Notes: generated by a model from the letters alone, not told the origin. A DNA stretch of 64,000 bases from a virus (IMGVR_UViG_3300006793_000015:32001-96000); one strand, 5' to 3'. Shown: positions 18,301 through 26,518, counted from the stretch's first letter. Program-made: numbers and translations.

Positions 18301-21114
18301 TAATATATTGTTAATCTCTTGAGTAGTGTAGTCTACTTTTCTAGTATGACCGTTAATCAAGTTACATGTATCAAGTAAATTACTATTATACTCAACTTTA
18401 AGATTGTTGTAAATTCTTTTTTCTAACTCTAGTAAAACATCATCTTTATAATCACCATACGCTGGTGTGATGGAACCATCGTGTCCTTGAATAACATCAA
18501 TTGATGTCTTGTATGTGTCATCTGTAAACTTACTTGGAACATACTTTGGATATAATCCCAACTTAGTAGGAGTAGGCGGCACAAAGTTACCACCTGTAGT
18601 AATATACTCAACGATCTCAAGTTTTTCGTTTGAAACTAATGTTACACTGTCCGCCAATGTAACAAACGGAGTTGTTGTAGAGAAAGTATAATCTCTATCT
18701 TTTACCAGCATAACACCATTGTTGTATATTAATACACCAGTTTCACTTGGAACTGTGTCGTTGTAAGTTTTATTAAGTTCAAACTTCTTATTATCAATAT
18801 CAAAAATTGTATATGTTAAAGTTGTTGTATCTGTTGAGAACGGAACCATATCACTATTGTGATATGCCATTGTATTATTTTTACCAGCGAACATTGTCTG
18901 TAAAATAGAATCAACAAACCTAGATGTATTTGAATCATACTCGAGGTTGTCAGCAGTAGTTAAAAATAAGTTCTTAAATCTATTGTATTGTACTTCTGCG
19001 TGGTCAATTGAAGTGAAAAAGTCATATTCGTTGTTTGTTAGTATGTACCCTGCTTTTGCTAAACTAGCAGAGTTTTGAACAATGTTTGTTCCTAACAGAC
19101 TGATGTCGCCAATGTCTCTAGTATTATTATAACCAAAGTATGTGCCCTCAAATTCTAAACTATTATCAACGCACGTTCCGATATGGTCTCTAATTTGTCC
19201 AAGGGTGTATGTTGTTGTTACGTCCAAATTATTAAGCGGGTTATTATTTAAGTTAACAGGAATGTTATACACTTCTCCATCTACTAAGTTTTCAGTAGTG
19301 TCGTCAGTATAGGATTTTATAACAAGTACGTCACCAGTGGTAAGGGCTGTTGTGAAATTAACATACTGTACATTATCAGTTGTTAAAATATAAAAATCTT
19401 TTGTGGTGGAGGAGTTTTCTCCTTTCTCCTTCAACTTTCCGTTAACTTTTACAATTAAATTCTTTGCGTTAGTTTCTTCCTTTGGAGTTGTCGTAATTTT
19501 AAACTGTTGTAATTCAGATCCTACTGAAATTGTTTGTTGTATAAACTGTCTACTCTCAAACGGTGCTTTTGTCCAGTTATTTTCTACTGTATAATCAGAA
19601 ATACTATTATAGTTGTGTAAAAAGCCTTTTGCGTTTCTTACACTACTAGTGACATTGTTTAAAACATCAGTAGTATATGTAAAACTATCTCTAATAATAT
19701 TATCGTAAAAAACAATGTCGCCAATGTTATTAAAGTTTCTATATGTTAAAGCAAAACCTAACTCAGTGTCTGCCACTCCTGCTGAGTTTACTGCGTAACT
19801 GAACACTGGAGAACCAGCGAACGTGCTGTTAGTATATGTTGAAAAACTAACACCAGTCTCATCAAACATATCAAACAATGGGGCTTGGTTTACTCCTGCT
19901 TTAATTTGTCCTTTATTCCATTTGCTGTTTTTATAATACCACTGTGTTCCTGCATTATTGCCATATTTGGCAATAAGTGTATTATGCTCTACAGGATCTG
20001 CGATAGTAGTTGACTTTTCCAAGTGTATAGTATCTACACCAGCAATTCTAAGAATTTGTATTTCGTATACAAAGCCATTAACAAAAGGATCTGCATCGCT
20101 TGTAAATACTATTAATTGTCCTTCTTCAACCAACTTTCCGTCTATGTAAGTACCAGCACTTGGCTGTCCTTCTAAATCAGAGAACGCATCTGTAAATAAA
20201 GTGTCAACTAAGTCGACATCTGTTAACTTAGCAGTACCAAAATCATAAAGTTTTAAGTTTTTATCAAACTCAATAATAGGACGTTTTGCTCTAACTGCTG
20301 AATCAAATACAGGAACTGTGTTTGTATATTCTGCTGTTTTGGTAATAATATCTTCATGGAACCAACGGTTATTATTACTCCATTGGTTGCCATCAAGTGC
20401 GCCAGGCTTAATAGTTATGTAATCTTTAGTTAGAGAATAAACTGCTGACTCAGGTGTGACTAAAGTGCTCCACTCAATCAATTCAATGCTCTTTCCAACA
20501 TTTGCAACCAGGTATTCTTTGTTTTGGTATGATGATGGATACGTAGATGCGTTAGTGAACTTAACTTTTAGTCCAGAGGAAAACACCACTGATTGTGTGC
20601 CACTAGTAGCAGTAAAAGTTGTTTTGCCTATTAAATCTGATTCTACATTAATTTCTTGATCAATCTCTATAGTATCTGGACCGTCTTGTAACCAAAAGTA
20701 TTTTGTATAACTGGAAATTTTATCTTGGTCAATAGGTGGTGTCCACACATAGTATTCACTAGAAAACAATCTGTTATGATTATAACTACTACCGCCCTTT
20801 ACTTTAACTGAGTTAATTGTGTCAATATATGTGGCGGCAAAGGCATAAGCAGATTGCTCTAAGTTTGCCGTTGCTAAATCTTTTTTAATTGTTATTGCAG
20901 GTTCTAACTGATAGTTTCTTCTATCAGATGTTGTTTCAACTACATAACTATCAGTTGTTTCAAAGTTGTTAACATCTCGCCTTCCAACGAAACCATTAAC
21001 AACATCCAAAGTCCCTGGGGACATTAACTGATCCAATGTTGCGTTTAAAAACTTTTTATTAACATCAGTTTGAAACTGTCCAGGTAATAGGTTAACAGTC
21101 TTTCTTATTGCCAT
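6331..21114 (-). CDS. Giant (4,927 aa) baseplate wedge/fibre protein with beta-propeller-like repeats, YHYH-like domain and beta-rich repeats
   Basis: Single 14.8-kb ORF following gp6; KKFYQGFIKEKGT (gp7-like) segment, FG..VA repeats, GYAYDGYPIYGP, GxGYTxxPTV repeats. Confidence 0.8.
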   Translation of the reverse strand: MAIRKTVNLLPGQFQTDVNKKFLNATLDQLMSPGTLDVVNGFVGRRDVNNFETTDSYVVETTSDRRNYQLEPAITIKKDLATANLEQSAYAFAATYIDTINSVKVKGGSSYNHNRLFSSEYYVWTPPIDQDKISSYTKYFWLQDGPDTIEIDQEINVESDLIGKTTFTATSGTQSVVFSSGLKVKFTNASTYPSSYQNKEYLVANVGKSIELIEWSTLVTPESAVYSLTKDYITIKPGALDGNQWSNNNRWFHEDIITKTAEYTNTVPVFDSAVRAKRPIIEFDKNLKLYDFGTAKLTDVDLVDTLFTDAFSDLEGQPSAGTYIDGKLVEEGQLIVFTSDADPFVNGFVYEIQILRIAGVDTIHLEKSTTIADPVEHNTLIAKYGNNAGTQWYYKNSKWNKGQIKAGVNQAPLFDMFDETGVSFSTYTNSTFAGSPVFSYAVNSAGVADTELGFALTYRNFNNIGDIVFYDNIIRDSFTYTTDVLNNVTSSVRNAKGFLHNYNSISDYTVENNWTKAPFESRQFIQQTISVGSELQQFKITTTPKEETNAKNLIVKVNGKLKEKGENSSTTKDFYILTTDNVQYVNFTTALTTGDVLVIKSYTDDTTENLVDGEVYNIPVNLNNNPLNNLDVTTTYTLGQIRDHIGTCVDNSLEFEGTYFGYNNTRDIGDISLLGTNIVQNSASLAKAGYILTNNEYDFFTSIDHAEVQYNRFKNLFLTTADNLEYDSNTSRFVDSILQTMFAGKNNTMAYHNSDMVPFSTDTTTLTYTIFDIDNKKFELNKTYNDTVPSETGVLIYNNGVMLVKDRDYTFSTTTPFVTLADSVTLVSNEKLEIVEYITTGGNFVPPTPTKLGLYPKYVPSKFTDDTYKTSIDVIQGHDGSITPAYGDYKDDVLLELEKRIYNNLKVEYNSNLLDTCNLINGHTRKVDYTTQEINNILSAYISNWANKNGINYITNSTYDVSDPFTWNYSLIKNKFDSTQLLPGYWRGIYKYFYDTDRPHTRPWEMLGFTDKPSWWELTYGPAPYTRDNLILWQDLEDGVIASGPKAGTYDKYKRTGLVANYIPTDSAGNLMHPVDVGLIDRIDSSTSADWAIGDDGPAETAWKRSSSYPFALQKLMALTKPAKYFELMYDVSKITTNLVGHYVHKDTGLPIVPNAVSTHGFVNADGTVEYTAGYGNWIVDYTVYLGGSTIKFNENLNSLSLNLAYKMAGFTDKEKLKIILEQISPTRSSNDVFIPQEDYSFYLLEGKPLERINYSGVIVERTESGYIIDGYSVDTPYFNVLQSITTSGNKRQVSVGGIQLDTVPYEPNNDYAAGQILETTSGSYYIVNIPFSSTDDFENDRQYLTRTQQIPTQGGVTVLRYGDFKNTPTKVPYRTEYKTIQDVYDFIISYGRYLESTGLQFDNISDDFGLVEDWDQSGVEFLYWTQTNFGPGSMLTMSAGSSVLKFNLSNAQVGSLTSEIIPSSVINQNKQKILVQDLFYKREDNTFELSTSQEVDGVYACVLNPIQTEHLLIVENETVFNDVIWNLTTGSRQNRIKLVGYKTRLWDGTQQLPGYVLLDDSVDDWDVNNNYELGEIIRFKSKFYVANIKHAPSDLTEQGKFDFSKWKLLDEVNTGLLPNLDTKADQFRAFYEIEEDVRKFSTEKLSSNLIGYQSRKYLENLQIDETAQKKFYQGFIKEKGTTAVVDKLLRAKVPALDTSINLYEEWAFRIGEYGSVDSTQSIDFYLEENKFKESPDLIELINADEQYKNENITVRPSDLYQKPLEPLHFNKNIFSIESDTIDDRLTLPTAGYVRTDDTKHSVVSLSEWVSSNTIIIEETINIETQLIGRTSYTTSGSVTLYNGAVVSFDSTQIIPSSYRGKNFVVTGVGESIVLTEKTAYLNSLAIGDKVWVSSADSFPPQFKEDSKDWAVYRITNAGNSPISVSKDNDNELTVAFLYPIGTILVGEYIILRRWTSTSNSGVDFSGIYKVKENLSSNGLYVLKLHATTSLEPYASLGDSQAPTITRGEMVVLSNARYNSSDSLYGTDEPRYGWQDGDLAWVDDYADTGKWAVLEKKNPYTLREQIYPNSKAINTGFGQAVSTNKDTSTLLVGSVYDGTSAGNIEQWTRDIKTVFDVKSIFVSGDGSLTSGYLNNSGYLLTVNTDGLPQPSSFGTFPNDSNSNRVTPKVFEHTINIRVGTNTTTTTPREIGSDSIGITATGVTIKSPIVEGELTNDTGSAKGKAPLNWQWNAVVNRSKLGLDSGDGQPLDDNHYNYYSGKFLSQWNDSVYLENSYYNDTNYSGDHWRHADGHSKIIGYAYDGYPIYGPFGYQTPTNSATTPVRMTSSYLLHDAPLADREYNYTQYSKGSFIQDYYYSDGSGTLDKHNGRYGVTPDYPDGTYAYFLTIKVDGSVVYPYVVGPTMKEYPVLEADTVPKDPGGSNTQTVALVPADFAFDSNIIDGSKLRNSGLLGWRFDNTKEHDYVVTTAPGSNSNEGYVIVLKQKDDKTYEAFDILRSPAPAVNGYFGYDVALSNNGNYMIIGEPGELKAHIYGLTNTVTTTNSEFFNGTGATPTFATTISYSDNREVTVYVDGQIKIEGLDYTLGAGTITFVTFPPLGSNNVEMRTGNYFYQVQTLSGASATDFGRSVAINDNGDFAFVGQPDKAAGGKLQVGSTKVYAKSPNETYSEVQELSSNITSELEFFGKQVESGDSGHIVAVGATGADYTYIGATAALAYNTGEVDYFINNMKVTGTITGTVANPTVGIGDQIVINGTQVTFTGTALTDIVQDINDASITFITAESTSDNKLKITSTSTTTNNKLSITVGNTNGVAVFTAIGITLYEFKASLVHPDGLQNAYYGERIKFNEDASKLLISSPAGNSIVEIGIDDGLTTFDQSNTAISDIQLESGSALIYDINSDMTNSLIQRLDWRERRQYDKYGSGITLTNNTAFVGAPGDDYFETETTIGDGVTTAFAITGQYSTDNIEVTINDKKILSGFTSDNASPNSTVTFDNPPLAYTIKFSKYTSNTGSVLEAIDANNKGSWNVKRQQNSRVDIDTINQVFTYNQKTNKFINYVDYLDPVKGKIPGVVNQEISFKTFYDPAVYNVATDTTVTTDSDNHWGPNQVGTLWWDLTNTKYVDYEQGDLEYRKKSWGKLFPGTQISVYEWVESDTLPSSYAVYDGDGTPKFASDSAYVEYVRKDDATGLLESVYYYWVKNKTSIPQKSRAYLDATGQIRFTSRGRELELQSFIPAATRKLPANTVANMLKDPEGNGLAYIGVVAQNAIVGYNLNKNLVNKNIVLSVNYDTKKNNIPLHTEWQLMQRDNKLSKPNSYLVTKLSDSLVGLDITEKSVPDPTVRIGQRYGILNYPRQTMFVDKAGAIKILVNYCNTVFATNKMAIDFDLTTLSTADPIPSTGYNEIVETYTELTYINTNTVSEGYTVIVRKDETRENYWTSYSWSTAQGLWNFNKKQKYDTTKYWDYVDWYATNYSSNTVIDQIVPLRNDLEKITTAIGDVVKVINNGQSRWELYVKGSDSYTLIGEENATVKLKTELYTLTEPLQELRYIVSALQDNLFIDELEEHFNKVWFELVRFALHDQNLQIDWAFKTSFVKVIQTVRELTEITNYSYDVQDSIENYIKEAKPYRTNLREYVYRYPYLDVALTAVTDFDLPGYWDATQEIFRSPNVYNADDDERMQTGPWVNWSNHYTKHIESMTVVDGGSGYGTTDLSEYAESSYDTTKYDGKETTTTPPVVIIESGAQWELGYSYTSLVRPGEGGAQAVLTIPTHSPDTLWYYSSDIKDMGWKVRVQPALPTPETKTFAVTVVVDGEGNPDFYIDGVERPNLILYRGSTYTFTQTDASNAAKGYFRFSALEDGTHRDGSGATAVPVMKSPGLDEVESVTVTNPGTGYVTTPKVTVQGGAGSGAIVYANLENFKVRDILETIKFDRVDGPRHVKTIAVDTGGTGYTSIPTVTITGTVSEITVTEKGMGYSVAPLIVISPPDELNGVQATASLVLDIDGSVTSVTVTEPGSGYTKTPFVQFIKNSPTDPNPITEARATAVSTGLGGTGAQAVANISSGAVAGITVTQQGRDYQTAPTVIISGGGGSNATATATISFTTYNRLEPNHELTSKKNSDRLTLYYAGGQTGTNSDKNWKNEQVNTPTYEAVISESGLEYKANKVLGAEFSLEPGYDRAAYARNAFDDFAITEEGIRVIASVDTDMSGGDFSSTGGVDPANVVVDGDGFVTTYTSHAPEEQIPGRLFDTLDMKVYEMPTPRNSGVTVRKYTYNGNGSTTAYNFSDLGGLPTASFGAEVYVDNVLKIRLVDYTLDFTNNTVNLNSPALNGQLVHIVLVETGGENFSSFQQDFVGDESTTEFIVNVPYQYAQSLYVTVNGGNQSYTATSYYKRTKITFDAAPIANSRIRVHTFNMSGLEVTNPGSKYDPSNPPTVTISGVGSNAAATAVVNDNGEVEGFIITNVGTGYTSAPTVTIGTPGAGGVQATATASVYDDKIGIPQPYIRVDSEEFTLPTLTTWPTDYILTYPAQFIEQGPDYAKVVVYLNKTRLAPGDTEYYTGDGSTTVFASPSNPTVDYALATDADIQVHVGGELKTLTTDYTFTGTPARAEITFVTAPADGLEIAISVRNGQYWIENDQSIILEDGTGLSRTANASTSDSVFVQSYINQKYSQGNTITIEGSSIATSTGLERFDTVVYDDIAYAGDISVSIATPVYDIRVMMEEYNTNYAWVWLNGVYQIANHDYYITSDGYLVMTPLSGLILASDKITVTTMRGAEAEQGQGIGFRIWKDMFDQVAYYRISTANTTTLSTDLAYTDLTISVTDASKLLTPQPTNGIPGVIFIGGERIEYWEIDGNTLKRVRRGTWGTGVQTTYNAQTEVVDGSKQQAIPGKTEAHTNVWYDQGTSTATNGQGLGLATSAQAKFLKEAPLTTPKAY

Positions 21115-21122
21115 ATTATTTC

Positions 21123-24100
21123 CTATGCACTTGTTGTAATTGTGCCGCTTGCTCTAATCTTAGATGCTGTTACTGCATCAATAATCTCAACGTTTTCTAC
21201 TTTAGCATCACTTATAAAAATCTCATCGCTTGTACACTCAATTTCAAACAAACTACCAAAAGTTTGCTCAGTACCCTTTGGAACAATTAATACTGTTGCA
21301 ACGTGTGGTGATAATTCAGTGTGAATATACGCTGATAATTCTGTAAAGTAAAATGTATCTCCAAAGTCCCAATTTACGCTATCAAAATATTCATTAATAG
21401 CACTCACTGCCTTTGTTTTAATTTCAGTGTCAGTGATTGAAGACTGTGGATTTTTTACAATCTTAAACTCTGCTTGCAGATAGCTATCTGCTTTGCTTCC
21501 AAACAATACTTTATACTTTACTGGATGGAAAATAATCTCATCACTTAGCATTTTATAATCTAATAAATTACTAAATTGTGACGATAACTCTGTTGTAGTA
21601 CTTTCTTCTGGTTTAATAACAACACCAGTATTATCTTTTATGTAACGAATAAATTGGTTACTATATGATTGGGTTAATATATACAAATCAATAATATTAC
21701 TCAACCCAGGGTTAATTCTTCTGTCGCTTGGTGAGTTATGCTTGTAGTTAAAGTATAAGTCTTTTCTACCAATATATGCCAAATAATCTGTGCTATCCAA
21801 CAATGTACTATCTGCTGAATTGTTTACTTTAAACTTCTTATCTAGAGTTAAGTATATAACTTCTCCGTCACTAAAAATTGACAAGTCTGTTGGCAAGTTT
21901 GTTGCTAAATCGTAATCTAAATTAACTTCTTTTGTAGTTAATCTATATTGTTCTCCACCGTCTGCCTCAGTTAACTTTTCAAAAAATACTAATTTGTTAT
22001 TTGGATTAACTGTTGGATCAATTACTGTGGTAAACTGATCTGGATTATCTGGAATGCCGTCGTCATCGCTATCTAAAAATGTAACTAATACTCTACGTGT
22101 GTTTGTGCTTCCTGAAAACTCTGTGTCTAAACCGTAAATTTGCCAAATGTAATCTTGATCTAATGCGTCATTAGAATCAGGCTTGCTATTCATTTTAAAT
22201 ACATTAACGTGGTCTGCTAATGTTTGTCCAGTTCGTGAGTCATAAATTTTAACTGAATCGTCAAAGTAAAATCTTGTTTCCAAATCACTTTCAAAACTGT
22301 ATTTTAAACCTCTATATGTTGATGTATAAATTACGCCAGTACTACTAAAACGTATCATCCAACTTGAGTCTTTACGTAGTCCGGAAGTGTCGCCCGCAAA
22401 GCTAAAACTAAATGCATTTGTCGTATTTAAATTTTCTGCTAATACAATAATCCATTCTCTAGTAGTTGCATCAAAGCGTAAGCCAAACTCTTCATGATTA
22501 AATATTTTGTTTAGCATTGCGGTTTCAATTGCAGAAGTCAAGTCTGTATCAAACTGCGGAATAATTTCCGCTACTTCTGCACCATCACCAATCTTTTCTG
22601 TTAGTGTTACTGGGCCGGAGCCGTCGGATAGATTGCCGGTGCCACCATTCATGCCATCACCTACTACGTTTTTAACCATTGCCCATATGGAACTAAATGT
22701 TCCTGGAGCACCAACTACACCAGTGTGTAAACTGCCATCTGACTTAAAGTATTTTCCAGACGGTGCATTAAACTTAACTAGTGAGTTTGTTGTTAACCAC
22801 ACTCTGTTGTCTGGTGCCCCTGAACCAATTGGAACTGGAGAGCCGATGTTGTTTTTAAAATAACCAGTGCTGATATTAGTGCTTGTAGTTGACTGTTCCC
22901 AAGTTGTGGTGGATACTGATATTCTTGGGTAATTTTTATAGTAGTATTGTTTACTACTAACGTTACGTAGAATAGGTTCAATAGTATCGCGAATAATTCG
23001 CAATATATCCATTTCATTAGAAAACTCAAAATCAAAATTGTTAGTAAATAATTCTTGGAATAATATTCCATCCTCACAAAATACGTTTGTGGATGAATAC
23101 TTTGCTGAAGGATCAATGACATCTAAATATCTAGATATACCACTTGATGTTCTATTAACTGCCTTTGCTTTAATAATTTCGTTTGTTGCTGTTACTGGAA
23201 AAATATTATAATCTTCGCCATTAACCATTCTGTTTTGTGAATAATAACTCTGCGGTGCCTTTGTTCTAATATCTTCAATAGTTTCTCTTTCGGCTGCATT
23301 ATAAACTTGCTGTTGTAGATCAAGAACCATTGTTAATGTATGTTGAACATTATATTTGCTTAGGTAACTAATGTTTAACGTTACACCTTGCATATCGTCT
23401 GAGTTAATGTCGTATGACAATCCGTTACCTTGTCTAAAGTATGATCTAAAACTACCGCGTGGCATATCAGAAAATATACCGTCGCCAAACACATATGTAA
23501 TTTGATCTGCTTCACGTGATTGTACACTGTATAATGATCTTATATCTCTTGATAAACTATTGTAAATCACGTTATTACCTGTTACCGCTGGCACTTGCGT
23601 CCATAGTCTATATAAGTCATTGTTAGAATCTAACTCATATAACCAAACATCATTTTGGCTAACGTTACTAGTATTAATTAATACTTGTCTATTAGGAATT
23701 GCTTGGTCAATAGTAAAATCAGATGCTCTTAAAGTACCTTGTTTAAAGTAAGCAAAGAAGCCAGTGTTGACACTGCCGTTACCTTTGCCGTCACTTCTAT
23801 ATAAAAAACTAAATGGTGAGATAGTGCTAGGTTCTTTTTCATAAACATAGTCATAACCTTCAAAAGTAGCACTAACAATTTCAAAATCAATATTAACGCC
23901 ATCAATTGATGCTTGGAATGGAAACACTGGCAGTGTTCCAGTTGCTATGTTAATTTGGTATTCTTGAGTCTCGATACCATTTAACGTTTTAGAACTATTA
24001 GGGTTACCAACTTTTTGTGTGTTCACCATTGCCGCATTTAATACTAAATTAATTTGTTCTGCGTAATCATCATTATTAATGTCATTCCAATCAATTCTAG

Positions 24101-24518
24101 TGTTTGCTAAATTCTCTCCATTGGAATCATAAACATCTTCCGTTGTAGAGATGCTTGATAACTTTAACATTCCGCTTGCGTTTACACTACGCTTTGCGTT
24201 ATAACTTACGAGTCTCGCAAGTCTTAAAATACTTTCTCTGCGTTCAGCAGTTGCTAGGAAGTTTTCTCTAGCGTTTAAATCTACTCTGTAACTAATGTTT
24301 TGTGTTACATAAGATATGAGGTCAATTAACGCAATAAATTCTGAACTTTCAATGTAGTCATTGAAATCTTCAGGATAGTATGCTTTGATGTAATCAATCA
24401 TTGACTTACGCAATGTTTGGAAATCATAACTCTCAAAGTCTGCGTTAATAAAAGATTGGTATAATACTTGCCAATCCTCTGCGTTGTATATGTTATTTTG
24501 TCGTGTTGTTAATGCCAT
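21123..24518 (-). CDS. gp6: Baseplate wedge subunit, T4 gp6-like
   Basis: DFQTLRKSMIDY, ENFLATAERRESILRLA, FGDGIF, ETIEDIRTKAP, QNRMVNGEDY motifs; follows gp25. Confidence 0.88.
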   Translation of the reverse strand: MALTTRQNNIYNAEDWQVLYQSFINADFESYDFQTLRKSMIDYIKAYYPEDFNDYIESSEFIALIDLISYVTQNISYRVDLNARENFLATAERRESILRLARLVSYNAKRSVNASGMLKLSSISTTEDVYDSNGENLANTRIDWNDINNDDYAEQINLVLNAAMVNTQKVGNPNSSKTLNGIETQEYQINIATGTLPVFPFQASIDGVNIDFEIVSATFEGYDYVYEKEPSTISPFSFLYRSDGKGNGSVNTGFFAYFKQGTLRASDFTIDQAIPNRQVLINTSNVSQNDVWLYELDSNNDLYRLWTQVPAVTGNNVIYNSLSRDIRSLYSVQSREADQITYVFGDGIFSDMPRGSFRSYFRQGNGLSYDINSDDMQGVTLNISYLSKYNVQHTLTMVLDLQQQVYNAAERETIEDIRTKAPQSYYSQNRMVNGEDYNIFPVTATNEIIKAKAVNRTSSGISRYLDVIDPSAKYSSTNVFCEDGILFQELFTNNFDFEFSNEMDILRIIRDTIEPILRNVSSKQYYYKNYPRISVSTTTWEQSTTSTNISTGYFKNNIGSPVPIGSGAPDNRVWLTTNSLVKFNAPSGKYFKSDGSLHTGVVGAPGTFSSIWAMVKNVVGDGMNGGTGNLSDGSGPVTLTEKIGDGAEVAEIIPQFDTDLTSAIETAMLNKIFNHEEFGLRFDATTREWIIVLAENLNTTNAFSFSFAGDTSGLRKDSSWMIRFSSTGVIYTSTYRGLKYSFESDLETRFYFDDSVKIYDSRTGQTLADHVNVFKMNSKPDSNDALDQDYIWQIYGLDTEFSGSTNTRRVLVTFLDSDDDGIPDNPDQFTTVIDPTVNPNNKLVFFEKLTEADGGEQYRLTTKEVNLDYDLATNLPTDLSIFSDGEVIYLTLDKKFKVNNSADSTLLDSTDYLAYIGRKDLYFNYKHNSPSDRRINPGLSNIIDLYILTQSYSNQFIRYIKDNTGVVIKPEESTTTELSSQFSNLLDYKMLSDEIIFHPVKYKVLFGSKADSYLQAEFKIVKNPQSSITDTEIKTKAVSAINEYFDSVNWDFGDTFYFTELSAYIHTELSPHVATVLIVPKGTEQTFGSLFEIECTSDEIFISDAKVENVEIIDAVTASKIRASGTITTSA

Positions 24519-24907
24519 TATGCTGTACTCAGTGTAGCGGTAGTTGTTTGTGTGTTAAAATCAATTAGCAAATTTTCTATTATCTGGTCTGGAATAAACT
24601 TTAAGTTTAATTCTATTAATAGACCGTGCTCATATTGTTTAACCACTATATTTTCTGCTTCTATTCTCGGATCATAAGCAATAACATCCTGTATGTCTTG
24701 TCTTATTGTTTCTATTGTGGTTTCATTCAAGGGCTCGTAAACCATATCCCATACCACAGATCCAAAATCAGGTAGTTGTAACTTTTCACCTTTTCTTATA
24801 TTAAAATGGTTCATAAGATCTTGTTTTGCAATATCAAAACCAGTTAATGTGTAAGAATTAGAGAAGTTTTTGCCCAGAGTATTGAAGCCTTTATATGTAA
24901 TCGCCAT
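24518..24907 (-). CDS. gp25: Baseplate wedge subunit, T4 gp25-like
   Basis: DLMNHFNIRKGEK..PDFGS..YEP...YDPRI motif; 129 aa; synteny gp5-gp25-gp6. Confidence 0.9.
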   Translation of the reverse strand: MAITYKGFNTLGKNFSNSYTLTGFDIAKQDLMNHFNIRKGEKLQLPDFGSVVWDMVYEPLNETTIETIRQDIQDVIAYDPRIEAENIVVKQYEHGLLIELNLKFIPDQIIENLLIDFNTQTTTATLSTA

Positions 24908-24955
24908 ACTAATATTTAGTTATTTTAATTATATACTACTATTAACCTACGTAGA

Positions 24956-26491
24956 TTAATTACTACTGTCAGCAATATGTGAGGTGGTTCCTGCTTTAGG
25001 TTCCTTTTTCTTTGATTGGTTAATTCTTGGATCTGGCTCGTGCATTGGAACTCGTTGCATTGCGGTATAATAAGAGTAGCTGCCATCAACAGCATAACGT
25101 TTACCACCGTGCGTGTTGGATGCTCCTTTGTTTACCCAGTTATTTTCATATATAGCAACTCTGCCTGCTTCTTCAGCAACGTTTCCGGCTTCAGTGTTGA
25201 GTTTAATAGGATACTTTGTTCCGCCGCCACTTTTAAGAAAAATACATGCTGTGCTTGTAAGGCTAATTGCTTCCTTGCAAGTAATATTAAACCAGTCAGT
25301 GGACTTAAAGTTCATAGTGCCTACTGATGTTGCTTTTAAATTACCATTTATATAGAAGTGAGCGTGTCCTTTGCCTTGAGCATTTGTTGGATTTGTTTCT
25401 ATTTTAAAGTTATGCCCTGCTAGTAGATTAATATCCTCGCCCGCTTGTATATTAACATCAACATCTGCTAACATATTAACATTACCTTCGGCATGAACGC
25501 TAACGTCTTTAGCACTAAACACATCTACTGATCCGTCATTTCTCAACTCAGCCCAAGCACTCCCGCTTGCAGTTCCTAAATAAACTGTGCCACCGTCGTC
25601 ACTTAATAAAATTTGATGCCCTGTACCTGTTCGTAATCTTATTAACTGGCTAGTACCATTATTGTCGCCGTCGTCCATAACAAAAGTATGTCCGCTTTTT
25701 CTGTTAACAGGCCACTCATATCCTTCTTTATTTTCCTCAGTAACAAGTCCTTGCGTAATTGTTCCAAAGTCATAATCTAAAGGACCAGGCGTGGAAATAC
25801 CAAACACATTAGACGGACTCTCGCGTTGAACACTAGAAGTTGTAAGTCCTCTAACATAGTCTGTTTCTAATCCTTGCATAAGCAAAGTATCAAACATTGG
25901 GTGTACAGGTTTTTCTACATTTTTCCAAGCAGTAGTTTTGTCAAATTTCTTGGTACTTAACTTATTATATTCCGCAACAGGCACTTCAAACTTTGGTGAA
26001 GTTATACCAGCTGCTTTAGTAGAACTTGAGCCTTTAAATGCTGGCGATGCGGCGATACCCGGAACCATATGTAACATTAATGCGTCAGGAATATATGAGA
26101 TAATATAACCACTTCCTAGTTTGCCTTCTGCAAACACTACCATAACTTGGGTATCAATATCAGGTGTAGGGAAGGTCATACCATATGATTTAGTGGTCAT
26201 TTCATACTGATCATTATTATCAGCTAATGCATTCGTTCTTCCGTAAAAAGGCAATGCTAATGAGCAAAGTATAGTGTTAGATTCATACTCTGTCTTATCG
26301 TAACCTGATTCTTTGGATTTACGCTGTTGTGCTAATGCAGGAATATAAACCGCAATACGATTCATACCGCTGTCATCACCATATCCTTTGACAATACCTA
26401 TATAAGGACCTGGGTCTGTTTTCGCTGTATAATCTCGTCCAGCAGTGGGTAATCCTACTGTAGGCTTTTTAGGATGATTTGCTTGAGGCAT
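24956..26491 (-). CDS. gp5: Baseplate hub/central spike, gp5/VgrG-like (no lysozyme domain seen)
   Basis: OB-fold-like GPYIGIVK...RIAVYIP...VMVVFAEG, SGHTFVMDD...IRLRTGTGHQI, then short beta-helix-like repeats. Confidence 0.75.
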   Translation of the reverse strand: MPQANHPKKPTVGLPTAGRDYTAKTDPGPYIGIVKGYGDDSGMNRIAVYIPALAQQRKSKESGYDKTEYESNTILCSLALPFYGRTNALADNNDQYEMTTKSYGMTFPTPDIDTQVMVVFAEGKLGSGYIISYIPDALMLHMVPGIAASPAFKGSSSTKAAGITSPKFEVPVAEYNKLSTKKFDKTTAWKNVEKPVHPMFDTLLMQGLETDYVRGLTTSSVQRESPSNVFGISTPGPLDYDFGTITQGLVTEENKEGYEWPVNRKSGHTFVMDDGDNNGTSQLIRLRTGTGHQILLSDDGGTVYLGTASGSAWAELRNDGSVDVFSAKDVSVHAEGNVNMLADVDVNIQAGEDINLLAGHNFKIETNPTNAQGKGHAHFYINGNLKATSVGTMNFKSTDWFNITCKEAISLTSTACIFLKSGGGTKYPIKLNTEAGNVAEEAGRVAIYENNWVNKGASNTHGGKRYAVDGSYSYYTAMQRVPMHEPDPRINQSKKKEPKAGTTSHIADSSN

Positions 26492-26518
26492 TATGCTTTT
26501 CCATTGTTATTTAAAGTT

